Source of the DNA: an uncultured cyanobacterium
Lineage (GTDB): Bacteria > Cyanobacteriota > Cyanobacteriia > Cyanobacteriales > Nostocaceae
Assembly: GCA_963706595.1 (NCBI GenBank)
Contig: OY970166.1
Span: 4,512,001 to 4,576,000, forward strand
Direction of reading: 5' to 3'
Length of the DNA stretch: 64,000 nt
Part shown: positions 62,621 through 64,000 of the stretch, piece by piece
How the letters are laid out: every line of letters begins with the position of its first letter
How positions within the stretch are numbered: position 1 is the stretch's first letter
Program-made: the position numbers and the translations under genes
Notes under the pieces: generated by a model
What the model saw: the letters and a program-made list of their open reading frames with translations, nothing else
What the model was told of the DNA's origin: nothing
Database searches by the model: none

Positions 62621-62977
62621 ATGAGCTGGACTAAAGTTCTTGCAGCTGATGCACTTGCGCCAAATGGCAGACAAGTGGTAAAAGTTGGCACACGAAAAAT
62701 TCTGCTTGTCAACCACGAAAGTCAACTTTATGCTGTCGATAATACCTGCCCTCATTTAAAAATGCCCATGAAAAATGGGAAAATTACCGAAAGTGGGGCA
62801 ATTGTTTGTCCTATACATCGTAGTGCTTTTGACTTAAGTACTGGGGAAGTACAAGACTGGTGTCCTTGGCCGCCTGTTGTAGGTAAAGTACTTTCAAAGA
62901 TTTCACCGGAGAAGAAACTACCAGTGTTCCCTGTGCGTGTGGAAGAAGGTAGTATTTGGATTGATTTAGAGGAATAG
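62621..62977 (+). CDS. Rieske (2Fe-2S) ferredoxin
   Basis: CPH...CPIH..AFDLSTG. Confidence 0.92.
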   Translation: MSWTKVLAADALAPNGRQVVKVGTRKILLVNHESQLYAVDNTCPHLKMPMKNGKITESGAIVCPIHRSAFDLSTGEVQDWCPWPPVVGKVLSKISPEKKLPVFPVRVEEGSIWIDLEE

Positions 62978-63162
62978 TAGCCTCTAGTAAAAGAGGCAGG
63001 GGAGCAGGGTGTGGGGGGCAGGGGGGAAGACTGAGACGGAGCTTGTACCCCTTCCCCTCTGCCTCTTCGGTGAGGCTAGCAAAAGCGATCGCTTGCCCTC
63101 TTTCCCTTCTAAGCCAGTAAATTTAGTCATCACATCAGGTTGCTATAGTGAATCCCCAATAG

Positions 63163-63381
63163 TCAATCAGCAGACTTAGCAGTTTTTATACCCTCAAGCT
63201 TCTCTATCCGGTAATTCTGGATTTCATTCTGCGCCACCACTTCACTTCTAAGTAATTTGATTTCAGATGTCATATCAGAAACACGGTTGCCCATACTAAA
63301 ACCACCAGTAATCAAATAGAGTCCTGATTGGGTGGTTATGGTCAAGACTGTGATCAGCATGGCTAATCGTTCGGCGGTCAT
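63163..63381 (-). CDS. Small TM plus coiled-coil hypothetical protein
   Basis: Hydrophobic N-half, then a heptad-like segment; ATG overlaps the upstream stop. Confidence 0.6.
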   Translation of the reverse strand: MTAERLAMLITVLTITTQSGLYLITGGFSMGNRVSDMTSEIKLLRSEVVAQNEIQNYRIEKLEGIKTAKSAD

Positions 63382-63701
63382 GGTAAAACCTTTTTAATTA
63401 TTAAGCTGGTTCTTGCCAGGTAAAAATTAGGGAAGAATTGCAGCTTAAATTTACCCGGCTGGGGAAAATCAAAGAACTGGTCGCCAAACCTCAAAATTTG
63501 AGAATTGGCAACCGGCTTATTTGGTAAGTCCCACAAAATTTGCTCAATCCTGCCAGCACTTTTGTAATTTCTGGTAGGTCGAGCCTTGAGAACAACAATT
63601 AATTTGCTCTCATCTTCAGTAAATAAATATGGAATGAGTACAGAATTTAATGGTTTTAAATCAAATCGATACTCATTACCAAACACGAACTGAGTTTCCA
63701 T
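63378..63701 (-). CDS. Hypothetical protein (beta-rich appearance)
   Basis: 107-aa ORF translationally coupled on both sides. Confidence 0.6.
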   Translation of the reverse strand: METQFVFGNEYRFDLKPLNSVLIPYLFTEDESKLIVVLKARPTRNYKSAGRIEQILWDLPNKPVANSQILRFGDQFFDFPQPGKFKLQFFPNFYLARTSLIIKKVLP

Positions 63702-64000
63702 TTACTTTTTAGCAAGTGAATAAGTTCTACCATGCGGCGAGACGAAACTAGTAGGCTTTTTACTTGCGTTTCCCAAGAATTTCTTAATACTACTAATGGT
63801 AGCGCTGGCAGGAACGGGGACACTTAAGTATTTAACTGCCGTTCCCTTTTTGCTAGCTGCCGATGAATTAGTTCCAGGTAAAGGAACTTTAATGCGTTTA
63901 GCGCCAACGCTCCCTCGAACAGCAATCGTTGACTGTTTTTTTGAGCCTTTAGCTGCCTTTCTAGTAACAGTTGCGTCAGGGACGATTTTAAAGCCCAGTT
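63702..64000 (-). CDS. Partial, highly basic hypothetical protein (runs off the window)
   Basis: Manual translation LGFKIVPDATVTRKAAKGSKKQSTIAVRGSVGAKRIKVP...YLSVPVPASATISSIKKFLG...FVSPHGRTYSLAKK*; TAA abuts the next ATG. Confidence 0.65.
   Translation of the reverse strand, partial: LGFKIVPDATVTRKAAKGSKKQSTIAVRGSVGAKRIKVPLPGTNSSAASKKGTAVKYLSVPVPASATISSIKKFLGNASKKPTSFVSPHGRTYSLAKK

Noticed and set aside
1..64000. tRNA, rRNA or transposase genes
   Set aside because: None recognised by eye; a tRNAscan/Infernal run would be needed to exclude small RNAs

Overview
Chromosomal window from a heterocyst-forming (Nostocales-type) cyanobacterium, judged from dense HIP1 (GCGATCGC) octamers, heptamer STRR repeats and typical gene content. 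Most of it is housekeeping or signalling genes (hisD, moeA, rpmG-rpsR, RNase II, hemE, menB, pspA/vipp1, uvrC, rlmN, two-component genes) separated by nested MITE/REP-like repeats. Two accessory operons stand out. (1) 56.2-60.3 kb: a complete eukaryote-like ubiquitination cassette (E1, Ubl ending in Gly, UBC-type E2, JAB protease, membrane-anchored degenerate RING, degenerate PIN-like protein). It is bracketed by direct copies of a 44-bp REP-like repeat, and four of its proteins share a short I-x-W-x-[DE] motif. (2) 17.3-21.2 kb: a four-gene operon (unknown helical protein, QatC/QueC-like enzyme, XRE-HTH/IrrE-like peptidase, PIN nuclease) that looks like a rearranged Qat-like defence system. 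Four genes carry single +1 frameshifts that are probably sequencing errors. The right edge enters a tightly packed cluster of small, possibly phage-like genes. All family assignments come from motif recognition by eye; no searches were run.
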